Source: Candidatus Scalinduaceae bacterium
GTDB lineage: Bacteria; Planctomycetota; Brocadiia; Brocadiales; Scalinduaceae
Assembly (NCBI GenBank): GCA_046759445.1
Contig: JBHICG010000037.1
Location: 1 to 32,362 of the forward strand
Reading direction: 5' to 3'
Length of the DNA: 32,362 bases
Below are positions 1 through 10,229 of the stretch, piece by piece. The first letter of the stretch is position 1, and each line of letters opens with the position of its first letter. A program made the translations under genes and the position numbers. Under the pieces are notes generated by a model. It was given only the letters and a program-made list of their open reading frames with translations. It had not been told where the DNA came from and ran no database searches.

Positions 1-1
1 T

Positions 2-232
2 GAGCAAAAAGGCGCTGGTACCGGATCAGGTACTCAGCAAAAGGGTACTGGTAAGAAATCAGGTGAAGAACAGAAAGTAGCCGGTAAGGAACCGGGTAAA
101 GAGCAAAAAGGCGCTGGTACCGGATCAGGTACTCAGCAAAAGGGTACTGGTAAGAAATCAGGTGAAGAACAGAAAGTAGCCGGTAAGGAACCGGGTAAAG
201 AACAAAAAGGTACTGGCACTGAATCAGGAACA
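2..232 (+). repeat. In-frame coding tandem repeat, 99-bp unit built from three 33-bp subunits
   Basis: Bases 2-100 and 101-199 are identical; a diverged partial third unit starts at 200. Subunits read xQKxxGxxxGx. Confidence 0.95.
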
Positions 233-847
233 GAACTGAAATTAGCGCACAAAGGATCTGGCAATCCTGGAGGCCTATCGCAAAAACGAACAACAGGCAC
301 TGAGGGCATGGCTAGAGGTAACAATAAGATGCAGGGTGTTGCTGAATTAAAGAATCAAATCAAGAACCAAATGGAAAGTTTATCCAGTCAGATTTCTAAC
401 TTAGAAAAGAAAATGGGGTTCGATATTAGTGAAAACTTGGAAAAAGAATTGAAGAATATAAGCCAACCAAGACTTGAAAGCACTAAAAGAAATGAACAAA
501 ATAAATCAAACGAACCACAAGAAAGTATTAGTGGGGTAATCACAAAAGGTGGAAGTGAACGGGGGAAGGAATTATATTCTTCAGAACCGGAAAAGATTGA
601 AACACCTGAAAATGCTGAAGCTCTTAAGTTGAAAGTCAAGGGATTCAAAGATGAATCGGGAGCAAAAAGGGAAACCATATCTACTGGCAAAGGAACAGCA
701 TCCACAAAAAGGCGACTCCCATTAGTAAATTACGACAATGCCGTGAAACTAAGTACTCAACAAGCAGAAGACGAAGCTTTAAGGAAGACATCAATACCAT
801 TAGAATATGAGGAGATTATTAAGAAGATACATTCTGAAAAGGAGTAA
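2..847 (+). CDS. 5'-truncated low-complexity Gly/Lys/Gln-rich repeat protein, first visible gene of the MoxR-VWA operon
   Basis: The frame of ORF 308..847 is open back to base 2 (EQKGAGTGSGTQQKGTGKKSGEEQKVAGKEPGK repeats), so the true start is upstream of the window. It ends in IPLEYEEIIKK and stops 3 nt before the MoxR start. Confidence 0.75.
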   Translation, partial: EQKGAGTGSGTQQKGTGKKSGEEQKVAGKEPGKEQKGAGTGSGTQQKGTGKKSGEEQKVAGKEPGKEQKGTGTESGTELKLAHKGSGNPGGLSQKRTTGTEGMARGNNKMQGVAELKNQIKNQMESLSSQISNLEKKMGFDISENLEKELKNISQPRLESTKRNEQNKSNEPQESISGVITKGGSERGKELYSSEPEKIETPENAEALKLKVKGFKDESGAKRETISTGKGTASTKRRLPLVNYDNAVKLSTQQAEDEALRKTSIPLEYEEIIKKIHSEKE

Positions 848-850
848 AAC

Positions 851-1900
851 GTGCTCAATACTGATAAAACCGAAGAAATAAAAGAAGAAATAGAGGAATT
901 TAAAAAAGATTTTAACTACTTAAGCGAAGAAATTGGCAAGAAAATAGTAGGGCACAAAGATATTATAGAAACTGTCTTAATAGCTTTTTTTGCCAATGGG
1001 CACGTATTGCTTGAAGGGGTTCCAGGTTTGGGCAAAACTTTACTCGTGAAGTCTTTAAGTAAGGCACTTGGTTTCGATTTTAAGAGAATACAATTTACTC
1101 CTGATTTGATGCCCGCTGACATAATAGGCACTCAAATAGTCGTAGAAAAGGGCGAAGGCAGAAAGGACTTTGAGTTTTCTGCTGGTCCTATTTTTTCTAA
1201 CGTCATTCTAGCAGATGAAATTAACCGTGCGACACCAAAGACACAATCGGCTATGTTAGAAGCTATGGAGGAAAGACAGGTAACTGTTGCCGCAAGGACA
1301 CATAAATTAAAAGAACCTTTCTTTGTTTTGGCAACCCAAAACCCCATAGAAATGGAAGGTACTTACACATTACCAGAAGCACAAATGGATAGGTTCTTTT
1401 TTAAGTTAAATTTATCATTCCCAAACTTTAGTGAACTAAAAGACATTCTGAGACAAACAACCGTTAATGAAAACTATACGATTAAACCAGTTTTTGATTC
1501 TAACGGAGCCCTAAAAAGGGTTACTGAAATGAGAAGGTTAGTGAGGGACGTACTCGTTTCATCAAGAGTGGAAGATTATATTACGAATATAATAATGGCT
1601 ACACATCCGAATAGCAAAGAAAAGAAAAATCCAAAGTCTGGTGGAGATGACGTTACAGATTACGTGAGGCAATATATAACCTATGGGTCAAGTCCCCGTG
1701 GCGCACAGGCTATAATTTTAGCAGCAAAGGCAATAGCGCTTTTAGATAACAGGGCCAACATTAGTTATGATGACGTTGATAAGATCGCCGTAGCAGCGTT
1801 AAACCATAGACTGCTCTTAAACTTTGAAGCAGAGGCAGACAATATAAAAACTCAAGACATTATAGAAAAAATATTAGAAAAAGTAAGAAAGAAGAAATAG
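851..1900 (+). CDS. moxR: MoxR-family AAA+ ATPase
   Basis: Walker A GVPGLGKT, RIQFTPDLMPADIIG, Walker B ILADEINRA, ATQNPIEMEGTY, EAQMDRF, GSSPRG. Confidence 0.95.
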   Translation: MLNTDKTEEIKEEIEEFKKDFNYLSEEIGKKIVGHKDIIETVLIAFFANGHVLLEGVPGLGKTLLVKSLSKALGFDFKRIQFTPDLMPADIIGTQIVVEKGEGRKDFEFSAGPIFSNVILADEINRATPKTQSAMLEAMEERQVTVAARTHKLKEPFFVLATQNPIEMEGTYTLPEAQMDRFFFKLNLSFPNFSELKDILRQTTVNENYTIKPVFDSNGALKRVTEMRRLVRDVLVSSRVEDYITNIIMATHPNSKEKKNPKSGGDDVTDYVRQYITYGSSPRGAQAIILAAKAIALLDNRANISYDDVDKIAVAALNHRLLLNFEAEADNIKTQDIIEKILEKVRKKK

Positions 1901-1951
1901 GACGATCTAACTGTATGTATCATTTAAGCTGATTGAAAGGGTCTAATTCAT

Positions 1952-2857
1952 ATGCTTGCAGATATTTTTGACGCTAGATTCTTACGAAAACTGGAATCTT
2001 TATGTATCGAATGTAAAAGAATTTATCTTGGAACCAGAAAAGGCAATTATGAGACTATTAATAAGAGGGGCACCAGTATCGAATTTGCCGATTATCAGGC
2101 ATACACACCTGGAGATGACTTTAGATACATAGATTGGAACATCTATGGACGTCTAGACAGGTTATTAGTAAAAACTTTTAAAGAAGAAGTAGAACTGTCC
2201 GTCCATATCTTACTGGATTCAAGCAGGTCTATGTTATTTCCTATTGAAGATAAAAAATTTGACTATGCCAAGAATCTCGTAATCGCATTGAGCTACATTG
2301 CATTATCAAGTAAAAATAGCGTTCAAGTAGCAAAACTAACAGATGGAGACAATATTTCTAGAAACAAAACACCTTTCTTTCAACAAAAAGAAAATGTCTT
2401 TACGATAGCAGACTTTTTACATGGCATTATACCAGAAGGAGAATTGGACTTTGTTAATTTCCTTTCAAAGTATACGTTTAATGTAAAAGGAAGGATAGGA
2501 ACGGTTGTTGTTATATCAGATTTTATGATGAAACCAGAAGTTTACAGGAAGGGGCTTAATTTCTTACGCTTTAAAAATTATGATATCAAAGTTATACAAA
2601 TCCTAGGGGCAAACGAATTAGATCCATTCAAAAAAATAAGAAAAGGTAAAATAATCGATGTAGAAACAAATAAAAAGAAAACTATAACCTTTTCTGCAGC
2701 AAACCGTAAGCTTTACAAAGATTCTTTAGAGGAGCATAACAGACAGTTAAGACGTTTTTGCAGGACAAATAAAATTGTTTACACGTTAGCTAAAACAAAT
2801 GTAAAATTTGAAGATTTTATCTTACGAGAACTTCCAAAAATAGGATTCATAAGATAA
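1952..2857 (+). CDS. DUF58 domain protein (MoxR partner)
   Basis: GTSIEFADYQAYTPGDDFRYIDWN motif, ILLDSSRSM and VVVISDF; directly follows moxR. Confidence 0.92.
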   Translation: MLADIFDARFLRKLESLCIECKRIYLGTRKGNYETINKRGTSIEFADYQAYTPGDDFRYIDWNIYGRLDRLLVKTFKEEVELSVHILLDSSRSMLFPIEDKKFDYAKNLVIALSYIALSSKNSVQVAKLTDGDNISRNKTPFFQQKENVFTIADFLHGIIPEGELDFVNFLSKYTFNVKGRIGTVVVISDFMMKPEVYRKGLNFLRFKNYDIKVIQILGANELDPFKKIRKGKIIDVETNKKKTITFSAANRKLYKDSLEEHNRQLRRFCRTNKIVYTLAKTNVKFEDFILRELPKIGFIR

Positions 2858-2866
2858 AATGAATCT

Positions 2867-4804
2867 ATGGGTTTTATAAATCTAATAGCTCTTGGGTACT
2901 TATCTTTAATTTCGTTAGTAGTATTAATTTATTTTTTTAATAAAAAAAAGAACGTAATTGAAGTACCTAGCATAATCCCCTGGGAAATATTAAAAGAAGA
3001 CATCGTACGAAGCAGGTTGTTTAAGATAGACTTACTTTTTTTATTACAAATACTCTTAATACTGCTTCTTATATTTTTCCTGGCACGCCCTTACCTTAAT
3101 TCCAGCATAATCAATATTTCCGGAAAGAATTATATCCTCATTATTGACTCCTCTGCAAGCATGCAAACTTCTGAAGCAAATGGCTCACGTTTTGACCAGG
3201 CAAAATCTCAGACTCTCAAAATGGTTAGCAAGTTGAATCAATGGGATAAAATGATGATTATTTCTGCGAATTCTTCTGCCAGGGTTATTACTGAATTTAC
3301 TAACGACAAGCACAAGTTAAATAAAGTAATTAGTAATCTAAAACCCAAAGATACTGGAACAAATCTCGGAGAAAGTGTAAGTCTTGGTATTTCCTTTTTG
3401 AAAAATGTTGAGAGAGGTGAAATGTACGTATTAACCGATCAATCACCATCCTCAATAAGCTTTATTAAACAAGAAGGTAAAAATATAAATTTTGTCAGAT
3501 ACGGGAAAAATTATGATAATGTGGCCATTACATCATTAGACGTATACCAGGATATGTTTAAAGATTACACAGAACGCGAAGCTTACATAACAATCAGGAA
3601 TTTTTCAGATAGCAATAAAAACGTTATATTAAATGTATTCTTAAACAACAAAACTATAGAGGAAAAGGAAGTAGAATTAAAAGGTGGTGGGCAAAAGACA
3701 ATAAGTGTAAAAAATATTTCCTCATCTGGTATATTAAAGGCCGAGATAAAGGCAAACGATTTTCTTTCAGTTGATAACACTGCCTATGCAATAATTAACA
3801 AAATAAAGGCCATTGATATCTTATTGGTTTCTAATAACAATAAACTAAATAGTGAATTGGACAAGATTCAACACAATACACATCGAATAAAGCTGACCCA
3901 GATTGAAGCATCCGATTACACTCGTGAAGATGTAAAGAATTATGATGTTGTGATTTTTCATAAATTTATACCTGACTTTAATCCAGGCATAAACTCCTTA
4001 TACATATTTCCAACAAAAGGCACAGCATATTCTCAAAAAAAGAATTTTGAAGAAGACGAGAAATTTAATAACTTGATATTTGTTAACCAAAGATTAGTCA
4101 AAAACGCCAAGATACTAGACTGGGATAGAACACATCCCACAATGAGGCATTTGGACAATCTTGATGAGATAAATATCATGAATGCCATCAAAATGGATCC
4201 ACCAAGCTGGTCAACACCCTTAATAAAAATAGCAGGTGATTTAAACGATTCTCCAATTGCCTTCGCTGGCAGATATGCAGGCAAAAGGTTAATAGTACTG
4301 GGCTTAGACTTAAGTGAATTCGATTTCTCTAAATCGGATAACTTACAAGTACTGATTATGACTCTTAATTTAATTCAATGGTTAAACCCATATGAAATAG
4401 AAGGCAATAGTAAGATATTAACGGGAAGACAATACATTCCAAATTATGCCTTAAAAAGTAATATAGAAATATTAAATCCTAAAGCTGAAACATTTAAATA
4501 CAATTTTAAAGATAACACAGAAGAACACTTTGTGTTTAATAAAATAGAGTACATAGGAGAATATAAGATTACGGGCGCTAATTTCGAGAGTGTTTTCGTT
4601 GCAAATCTTTTTGACGAAAAAGAATCCAATATCAGACCAAAATCAATTGACAATAAGGAGCTGAATTTTGAAGAAAAAGAAGTTGTCAAATCTAAAGAAA
4701 ATAAAAGAAACGAGTTTGGCAAATACCTGCTCTTGCTCGTACCATTTATCCTTTTACTTGAATGGTTACTTTACTATAGAAAAGTGAGGGCTGGCACTGC
4801 TTGA
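2867..4804 (+). CDS. BatA-like N-terminal double-TM plus VWA domain membrane protein
   Basis: N-terminal hydrophobic helices ending in LARP, MIDAS DSSASM, VLTD, and a C-terminal TM helix (LLLEW). Confidence 0.88.
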   Translation: MGFINLIALGYLSLISLVVLIYFFNKKKNVIEVPSIIPWEILKEDIVRSRLFKIDLLFLLQILLILLLIFFLARPYLNSSIINISGKNYILIIDSSASMQTSEANGSRFDQAKSQTLKMVSKLNQWDKMMIISANSSARVITEFTNDKHKLNKVISNLKPKDTGTNLGESVSLGISFLKNVERGEMYVLTDQSPSSISFIKQEGKNINFVRYGKNYDNVAITSLDVYQDMFKDYTEREAYITIRNFSDSNKNVILNVFLNNKTIEEKEVELKGGGQKTISVKNISSSGILKAEIKANDFLSVDNTAYAIINKIKAIDILLVSNNNKLNSELDKIQHNTHRIKLTQIEASDYTREDVKNYDVVIFHKFIPDFNPGINSLYIFPTKGTAYSQKKNFEEDEKFNNLIFVNQRLVKNAKILDWDRTHPTMRHLDNLDEINIMNAIKMDPPSWSTPLIKIAGDLNDSPIAFAGRYAGKRLIVLGLDLSEFDFSKSDNLQVLIMTLNLIQWLNPYEIEGNSKILTGRQYIPNYALKSNIEILNPKAETFKYNFKDNTEEHFVFNKIEYIGEYKITGANFESVFVANLFDEKESNIRPKSIDNKELNFEEKEVVKSKENKRNEFGKYLLLLVPFILLLEWLLYYRKVRAGTA

Positions 4805-4813
4805 TAAATAACT

Positions 4814-7429
4814 ATGGAGTATCAATTTACTAACCCTGACTTTCTTAAGCTTTTATATTTATTACCAGTATTCTGGATAACGACGGTCTTGGGTTATAAT
4901 CGTTTATCAATCTTGAGAATCCTTCTTTCAATATTCTTGCGCACTATTGTATTTCTTCTTATAGTTTTTGTTTTGGCAGGATTTGGCTGGGACGAAAAAT
5001 CCAAGCGCGAAATTAACACAGTGTTTTTAGTAGATACCTCCAACAGTATAACCAATGAAAACAAGGAATGGGTTTGGAACTATATAGAAAATTTAGAAAA
5101 GAGTATGGATAAAAAGATTAAAAAAGGACTGGTAATTTTTGGTAATGAATCTAAAGTAATTACTCCAACACTCAAAGAAAGTTTAGGATTGGAAGATATC
5201 CATAAAAAGATTACGGATATGAACGTCAACGCTGATAGAACCGATATGGCAAGTGGTATAATAGCCACACTTGGTATTATGCCGGAAGACTCTTCAAAAA
5301 TGGTCATTCTTCTTTCGGATGGAAATGAAAACCTTGGTAACGCTTCAAAGGCAGCAAAATTGGCAGCAAACAACGATGTCAAGATTTTTGTAGTATCACC
5401 CCCCGCTCGTAAAGAAAATGAAATCTTAATAAAAAATATTAATGTTCCTAAAGATGCTAAAGAAGGTGAAACATTTAAAGTAAAAGTGATAATCGAAAAT
5501 AAAAATGATAAACCAATAAGAGGCAAATTAAAACTCTATCAAGAAGATAACTTACTTAAAGAATGGGATACCGATTTTAAGAATGGTACGAATATATTTG
5601 AGGCACCATACAGAAGCAAAGAAAAAGGATTTGTTAAATTTATTGCAAACTTAGACGTTGAAGATACAGCCTCTGACAAAGATGAGAAAAATAATAATAA
5701 ATTTGCATTCGTAAACGTATCAGGAAAAGCTAGAATATTATATATAAATGGCGCCAAACGACAAAAGCTGTTTCTGCCAGAGGCGCTTGAAGACAAAACA
5801 ATTACCGTTGATGTTAAAAACCCAGACCAAATACCGAAATCATTGAAAGAATATCTAAAATATGATTCCTTAATCCTCTCCAATGTATCAAAAGATTTTT
5901 TGGATAATGAACAAATGAATCTAATCAAAAAATACGTAAAAGATTTTGGCGGTGGCTTTGTGATGACGGCTGGAGACAATGTTTATGCCAAAAACGGCTA
6001 CTCAAACACAATAATAGAAGATATCCTGCCAGTTAAGATTATTGGTAACGCTCCACCAAAAGAAGAGAAACGTACAAGACTTTCTCTAATCTTAATAATC
6101 GACAAATCTGGAAGTATGCTGGGAAAGAAGATGCTTTTTGCCAAAAAGGCTTCAATTGAGTTAATCAAACAGCTAAAAGAGAATGATAAATTCGGCATCA
6201 TAGCTTTTGACACTATGCCATACACAGTCGTTGATCTCAAGTCTACTGAAAAAGTCAAAAAGGAGATTATCAGAAACCTGAGCATGTTAAGAGCAGACGG
6301 CGGAACAGATATTTTCCCAGCTATGAACGCTGCTTACGAACAACTTTTACAAAATAATGCAAAGACAAACCATGTTATTTTACTTTCTGATGGAAACACC
6401 AGATCTATTTATTATTACTATAATTCATTAATGAGGAAATTCCAACAAGCAAATATAACTGTTTCAACAATTGCTCTTGGAACATGGCTTGTTAATACAA
6501 GATTACTAAAAGATATAGCAAACAAAACTAAGGGACAGTTCTATCAGTTAACAGATATAATAAAACTACCAAGATTAGTAGTACAAGATTCAGATAGATT
6601 TGTATCACAGTCAGACTTTCATGAAGCGCATTTCTATCCAAGAATCAACCAGGAAAGTCAGATATTGAAAGGTATTTATAAAGAACAGCTCCCACCACTC
6701 AAAGGATATACAATAACGGAAGCGAAGGAAAAGGCTGAAGTTCCACTTGTAACAAATATCTTGGGGAAAACAAACCCTATTTTGGCAAATTGGAGATATG
6801 GTCTTGGCAAAGTAGTAATATACACCTCAGATGCAGATGCAAGATGGTCATCAAAATGGATTAACTGGGTACAGTTCAATAAATTCTGGTCTCAAATCAT
6901 GCACTGGTCTATGAGGGACATCTCAAAAACTGATTACGATCTAAAGGTAGAAGCAGAAAATAATAAAAATTCTCTAATAATAGAATCGTATACAAAGCTT
7001 GAAGATAATACAAAAATAAAGGTTAATCTGATGTCTTCTAAAATTGACAATAATGAGCTTACGCTAAAACAGATTACACCACAAAGATTTATTGCTGGAC
7101 TAGAGAACATAGATCCAGGCACTTACACTGCAAAAATATCAAGGATAAAGGCAGGAAAGGTTATAGATTTAAAGACAAAGGGATTAATAGTTCCAGAAAG
7201 CATAGTTGCAAAGCCTCTTGAATATTCAGGTCAAGGTAATAATATTCCCTTACTTAAGAATATTGCCAAGATTACGGGTGGTAAATATAATCCAAAGAAG
7301 GAAGAGATTACAATAGAAGAAAAGGAGACTACCAAGGCAAAAGACTTTGCAGGTTATCTGATCCCGCTGGCAATGGTCTTATTTATCTTAGACATAACAG
7401 TAAGGAAGTTTAATAGGAAAATGGGATAA
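4814..7429 (+). CDS. Membrane protein with two VWA domains and a glutamine-amidotransferase-like domain
   Basis: MIDAS motifs DTSNS and DKSGSM, two ILLSDG motifs, central YVKDFGGGFVMTAG, WRYGLGKV, TM helices at both ends. Confidence 0.88.
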   Translation: MEYQFTNPDFLKLLYLLPVFWITTVLGYNRLSILRILLSIFLRTIVFLLIVFVLAGFGWDEKSKREINTVFLVDTSNSITNENKEWVWNYIENLEKSMDKKIKKGLVIFGNESKVITPTLKESLGLEDIHKKITDMNVNADRTDMASGIIATLGIMPEDSSKMVILLSDGNENLGNASKAAKLAANNDVKIFVVSPPARKENEILIKNINVPKDAKEGETFKVKVIIENKNDKPIRGKLKLYQEDNLLKEWDTDFKNGTNIFEAPYRSKEKGFVKFIANLDVEDTASDKDEKNNNKFAFVNVSGKARILYINGAKRQKLFLPEALEDKTITVDVKNPDQIPKSLKEYLKYDSLILSNVSKDFLDNEQMNLIKKYVKDFGGGFVMTAGDNVYAKNGYSNTIIEDILPVKIIGNAPPKEEKRTRLSLILIIDKSGSMLGKKMLFAKKASIELIKQLKENDKFGIIAFDTMPYTVVDLKSTEKVKKEIIRNLSMLRADGGTDIFPAMNAAYEQLLQNNAKTNHVILLSDGNTRSIYYYYNSLMRKFQQANITVSTIALGTWLVNTRLLKDIANKTKGQFYQLTDIIKLPRLVVQDSDRFVSQSDFHEAHFYPRINQESQILKGIYKEQLPPLKGYTITEAKEKAEVPLVTNILGKTNPILANWRYGLGKVVIYTSDADARWSSKWINWVQFNKFWSQIMHWSMRDISKTDYDLKVEAENNKNSLIIESYTKLEDNTKIKVNLMSSKIDNNELTLKQITPQRFIAGLENIDPGTYTAKISRIKAGKVIDLKTKGLIVPESIVAKPLEYSGQGNNIPLLKNIAKITGGKYNPKKEEITIEEKETTKAKDFAGYLIPLAMVLFILDITVRKFNRKMG

Positions 7430-7446
7430 CATTGGAGAATATACGA

Positions 7447-8265
7447 ATGAAATCTGAAAACAATACAAGGAGATTTTATTTCCTTATTTTCATGATAGCT
7501 ATGTCTTCGATTAACTTTGCATCACCCATCTTTGCGCAATCAATCTTTTCGGGACTCATTCTGTCAGAAAGAAAAGACGGACTGAAGGTTATTGACGTCC
7601 AGAAAGGAAGTCCCAGTTTTGACGCAGGGTTAAAGTCTGGTGACGTAATCCTCGAAATAGACGGTAAAAAAATAAAGTCTTTAGACGATTACGTAATAAT
7701 ATCAAGCGAGATAAAGGACAAAAAGGTAGAGGCATCTCTAACTGTAGTCAGAGAAGGTGTGTCTTATGAAGCTGTTATTATAATTTATAGTGTTCCAATT
7801 CATCATCATTGGGAGGAGAAGGTTTCTAAACCAAAAGAACTTCCACAAGGTCTAACAAACTCACCATACACATATTGGACTAACAAAGGCAACAGGATTT
7901 TAAAAAAAACTAATAATAAAGCCTCCTTTGAAGCAAAGGTTGGAAATTACAATGAAGCAATTAAATATCTTTACAATGGATTACATTATCAACCAAAATC
8001 AATAGGTACTGCCATTCAGATAGCTAAATCATACCATGAACTCGGTAATACTTATCTAAATAATGGAGTTATAAATAAAGGTATAAAAAGTTATAAAGAT
8101 TCTATTAGACTTTATGCTAACTGTCTTAAAAAAACTCAGAATGAAGATTATCTTAAACTCATCCTAACAAGTCTTCAAGAAATAGAAAAAGAACTCGGTA
8201 AGATAGATACAAATGAGGCAAAACCACCCTTAGAAACAAATAAAGGAACAACAATAATAAATTGA
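7447..8265 (+). CDS. Secreted PDZ-domain protein with C-terminal TPR-like helices
   Basis: Signal-peptide-like N-terminus; PDZ signature VQKGSPSFDAGLKSGDVILEIDG; TPR-like AKSYHELGNTY. ATG 7447 follows GGAG. Confidence 0.8.
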   Translation: MKSENNTRRFYFLIFMIAMSSINFASPIFAQSIFSGLILSERKDGLKVIDVQKGSPSFDAGLKSGDVILEIDGKKIKSLDDYVIISSEIKDKKVEASLTVVREGVSYEAVIIIYSVPIHHHWEEKVSKPKELPQGLTNSPYTYWTNKGNRILKKTNNKASFEAKVGNYNEAIKYLYNGLHYQPKSIGTAIQIAKSYHELGNTYLNNGVINKGIKSYKDSIRLYANCLKKTQNEDYLKLILTSLQEIEKELGKIDTNEAKPPLETNKGTTIIN

Positions 8266-8436
8266 AAACAGTTGTGCTAGAGTTATTGGACCGGTGTCAT
8301 ACGAAATAAAACGGATATAGAGCAGTGGTTTTAGCATCCATCAAAAACGTGATGAGACGAGTGCATCATAGCCACACTCAACATACCCTATGGAATTTAA
8401 TAAGTCATTTATAAACTTTAAGTAGGTTAATAATAA

Positions 8437-9396
8437 ATGCTTAACAAGGAAATCATATATTTAGCACTATCTTTACTCTTTATCACAGGCTGTCATACAA
8501 CAAATATTTCGCAGACGCCATATAAAAAGGAATACTCAAAATACATAAACAACCTGGCAATCTTATATCCAGCAGAAATTCCTGAGATGCACGTAAATAT
8601 TAGATCTGATGAACAATTTATTACCGCGCTTGCTACGGGTCCGGCGATCATACCTCAAATTATAATGCAGATTGCCTTTCTATCTGCGAGAAAAGATGAC
8701 GCCAGAATTTTTAACGAAATGATATTTGACTTAAATATTGGTGAGACCCTATGTGAAAAACTCAATACTAAATTCCAATTATGTTCTTACTTTCATGTTG
8801 TACCACAGGAAAGTATCACAAAAAATAAAGTCGTCTGGAAACTACTGGAGAAAAAAAACAAAGACCTCAAAGACTATCAAAAGATAGGTACAGTATTAGG
8901 AGTAGATACCTTACTTGAAGTAAACATAATATCATATGGTATAAAAGACCCTGGGATATTTTCCGATCCATATGCTATTCTCAAAGCCGATGTTAAAATG
9001 ATTACAGCATCAGAAGGAGCAGTTCTATGGAGAGACATCATTGGCGCAAGGACAAAAATAGAAATGGACACAACTGACTTTGTTTATAACGCATATGAGG
9101 ATGCTCAATTTCTTAAGGAAAAACTTGAAAAAGCTGCTGATGCCGTTTCGGAAGAATGTTTAGAGAGATTGGGCTTTGATACAAACTATACATATCTGCT
9201 GGACAAAGATTATCTTAATAATAAGAAAAACAAGATAGACATTGCTAAAAAACTTGATGAACTAAACAGTCTACGATACGACAGCCTTATTACGGATACA
9301 GATTATGATGGAAAGAAACTAGATCTAATCGAAAGGGCAAGGAATAGAAAGAACGCAATAGTTAAACACGAAACAACTACAAGTGTCACTGAATAA
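8437..9396 (+). CDS. Lipoprotein with C-terminal SHOCT-like motif
   Basis: Lipobox FITGC; C-terminal DIAKKLDELNSLRYDSLITDTDYDGKKLDLI resembles SHOCT. Confidence 0.7.
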   Translation: MLNKEIIYLALSLLFITGCHTTNISQTPYKKEYSKYINNLAILYPAEIPEMHVNIRSDEQFITALATGPAIIPQIIMQIAFLSARKDDARIFNEMIFDLNIGETLCEKLNTKFQLCSYFHVVPQESITKNKVVWKLLEKKNKDLKDYQKIGTVLGVDTLLEVNIISYGIKDPGIFSDPYAILKADVKMITASEGAVLWRDIIGARTKIEMDTTDFVYNAYEDAQFLKEKLEKAADAVSEECLERLGFDTNYTYLLDKDYLNNKKNKIDIAKKLDELNSLRYDSLITDTDYDGKKLDLIERARNRKNAIVKHETTTSVTE

Positions 9397-9564
9397 TAAT
9401 AAATAGTGAAGGATACATTTCCCGAACAAATTTTACATTTCACTTTTTTATGTCGTGTAATCTGGAAACGGGAAACGATTGACATTTTTAGACTGTGCAA
9501 CTCGCACTACAGGTATAATTTGCTATGGTAGATTTATATCCATCGTTTCAAAATTCAATCCTTT

Positions 9565-9843
9565 TTATATCTTCGTCATTTGTTTCCCGCAGCAGACCAT
9601 ATCACAATCAAATTCTCCACACCTGTCAACAACCTGTACCTTTATACCGCACCCTTCATCAAATGTGCAACCATATGTGTCTCCCTGCTCTTTCTCCTCT
9701 GCACCTGTGGCAAGAGTCATTTGCTCACCGCAGCATTTCATATCGCAATCAACCTCACCACATACATCAACTACTTTTACCTTTATCGCACATCCACCTT
9801 CAAAACTACATTCAAGTACATCTCCATTTTTAAGAGCTGCCAT
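9565..9843 (-). CDS. Small Cys-rich protein with two tandem desulforedoxin-like metal-binding repeats
   Basis: AGGAG SD upstream; two repeats C-x5-C-x8-C-x4-C-x3-CCG-x-QM. Confidence 0.75.
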   Translation of the reverse strand: MAALKNGDVLECSFEGGCAIKVKVVDVCGEVDCDMKCCGEQMTLATGAEEKEQGDTYGCTFDEGCGIKVQVVDRCGEFDCDMVCCGKQMTKI

Positions 9844-9966
9844 TTTTCATACTCCTTTCTAAATATTAATGACGAAACGTGGATTTATTTTATCAAATAC
9901 TATTTATAATGGAAGCATTTCTTTATTTCAAGTTAAGCCTTCGGCAGCTTTAATATAATTTTACAA

Positions 9967-10047
9967 GGCAGGAGCCAACTCCCGTTGGCGACAGGGGCTT
10001 ACACAACATTGTGGGATGCTACTCGCCGTCGGGAAACGGCTCCTACC
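9967..10047. repeat. Inverted GTAG-type REP doublet (REPIN-like)
   Basis: GGCAGGAGCCAACTCCCGTTGGCGA on + and GGTAGGAGCCGTTTCCCGACGGCGA on -; each has an internal palindrome; GC-rich patch in AT-rich intergenic DNA. Confidence 0.65.
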
Positions 10048-10229
10048 AAAATACATTGAAATTCCTAGACATAAATTTAGTATCTTGCGCAGCAAAAAAG
10101 GATAAATTAGCTCACTTCGTTCGCTAATTTATAATTATTCAAATTGACAATGTCTTTAGAATGTACTATAAATAAATTGGTTTCTTTCAGTCGCCAATTT
10201 ATGAATGTTTTGTTCGCAAAACAAAATCT

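Noticed and set aside
133..7122. Numerous minus-strand ORFs of 60-150 aa opposite the MoxR operon
   Set aside because: Antisense shadows of long + strand genes with no recognisable motifs; the same applies to shadow ORFs over aas, the ligase, hslU, int and rep.
8266..8436. Possible structured RNA between the PDZ and lipoprotein genes
   Set aside because: Only short, weak stems; no riboswitch consensus recognised.
9479..9909. Three + strand ORFs overlapping the Cys-rich gene
   Set aside because: The minus-strand ORF has the SD and a coherent Cys repeat; the others merely mirror that repeat.
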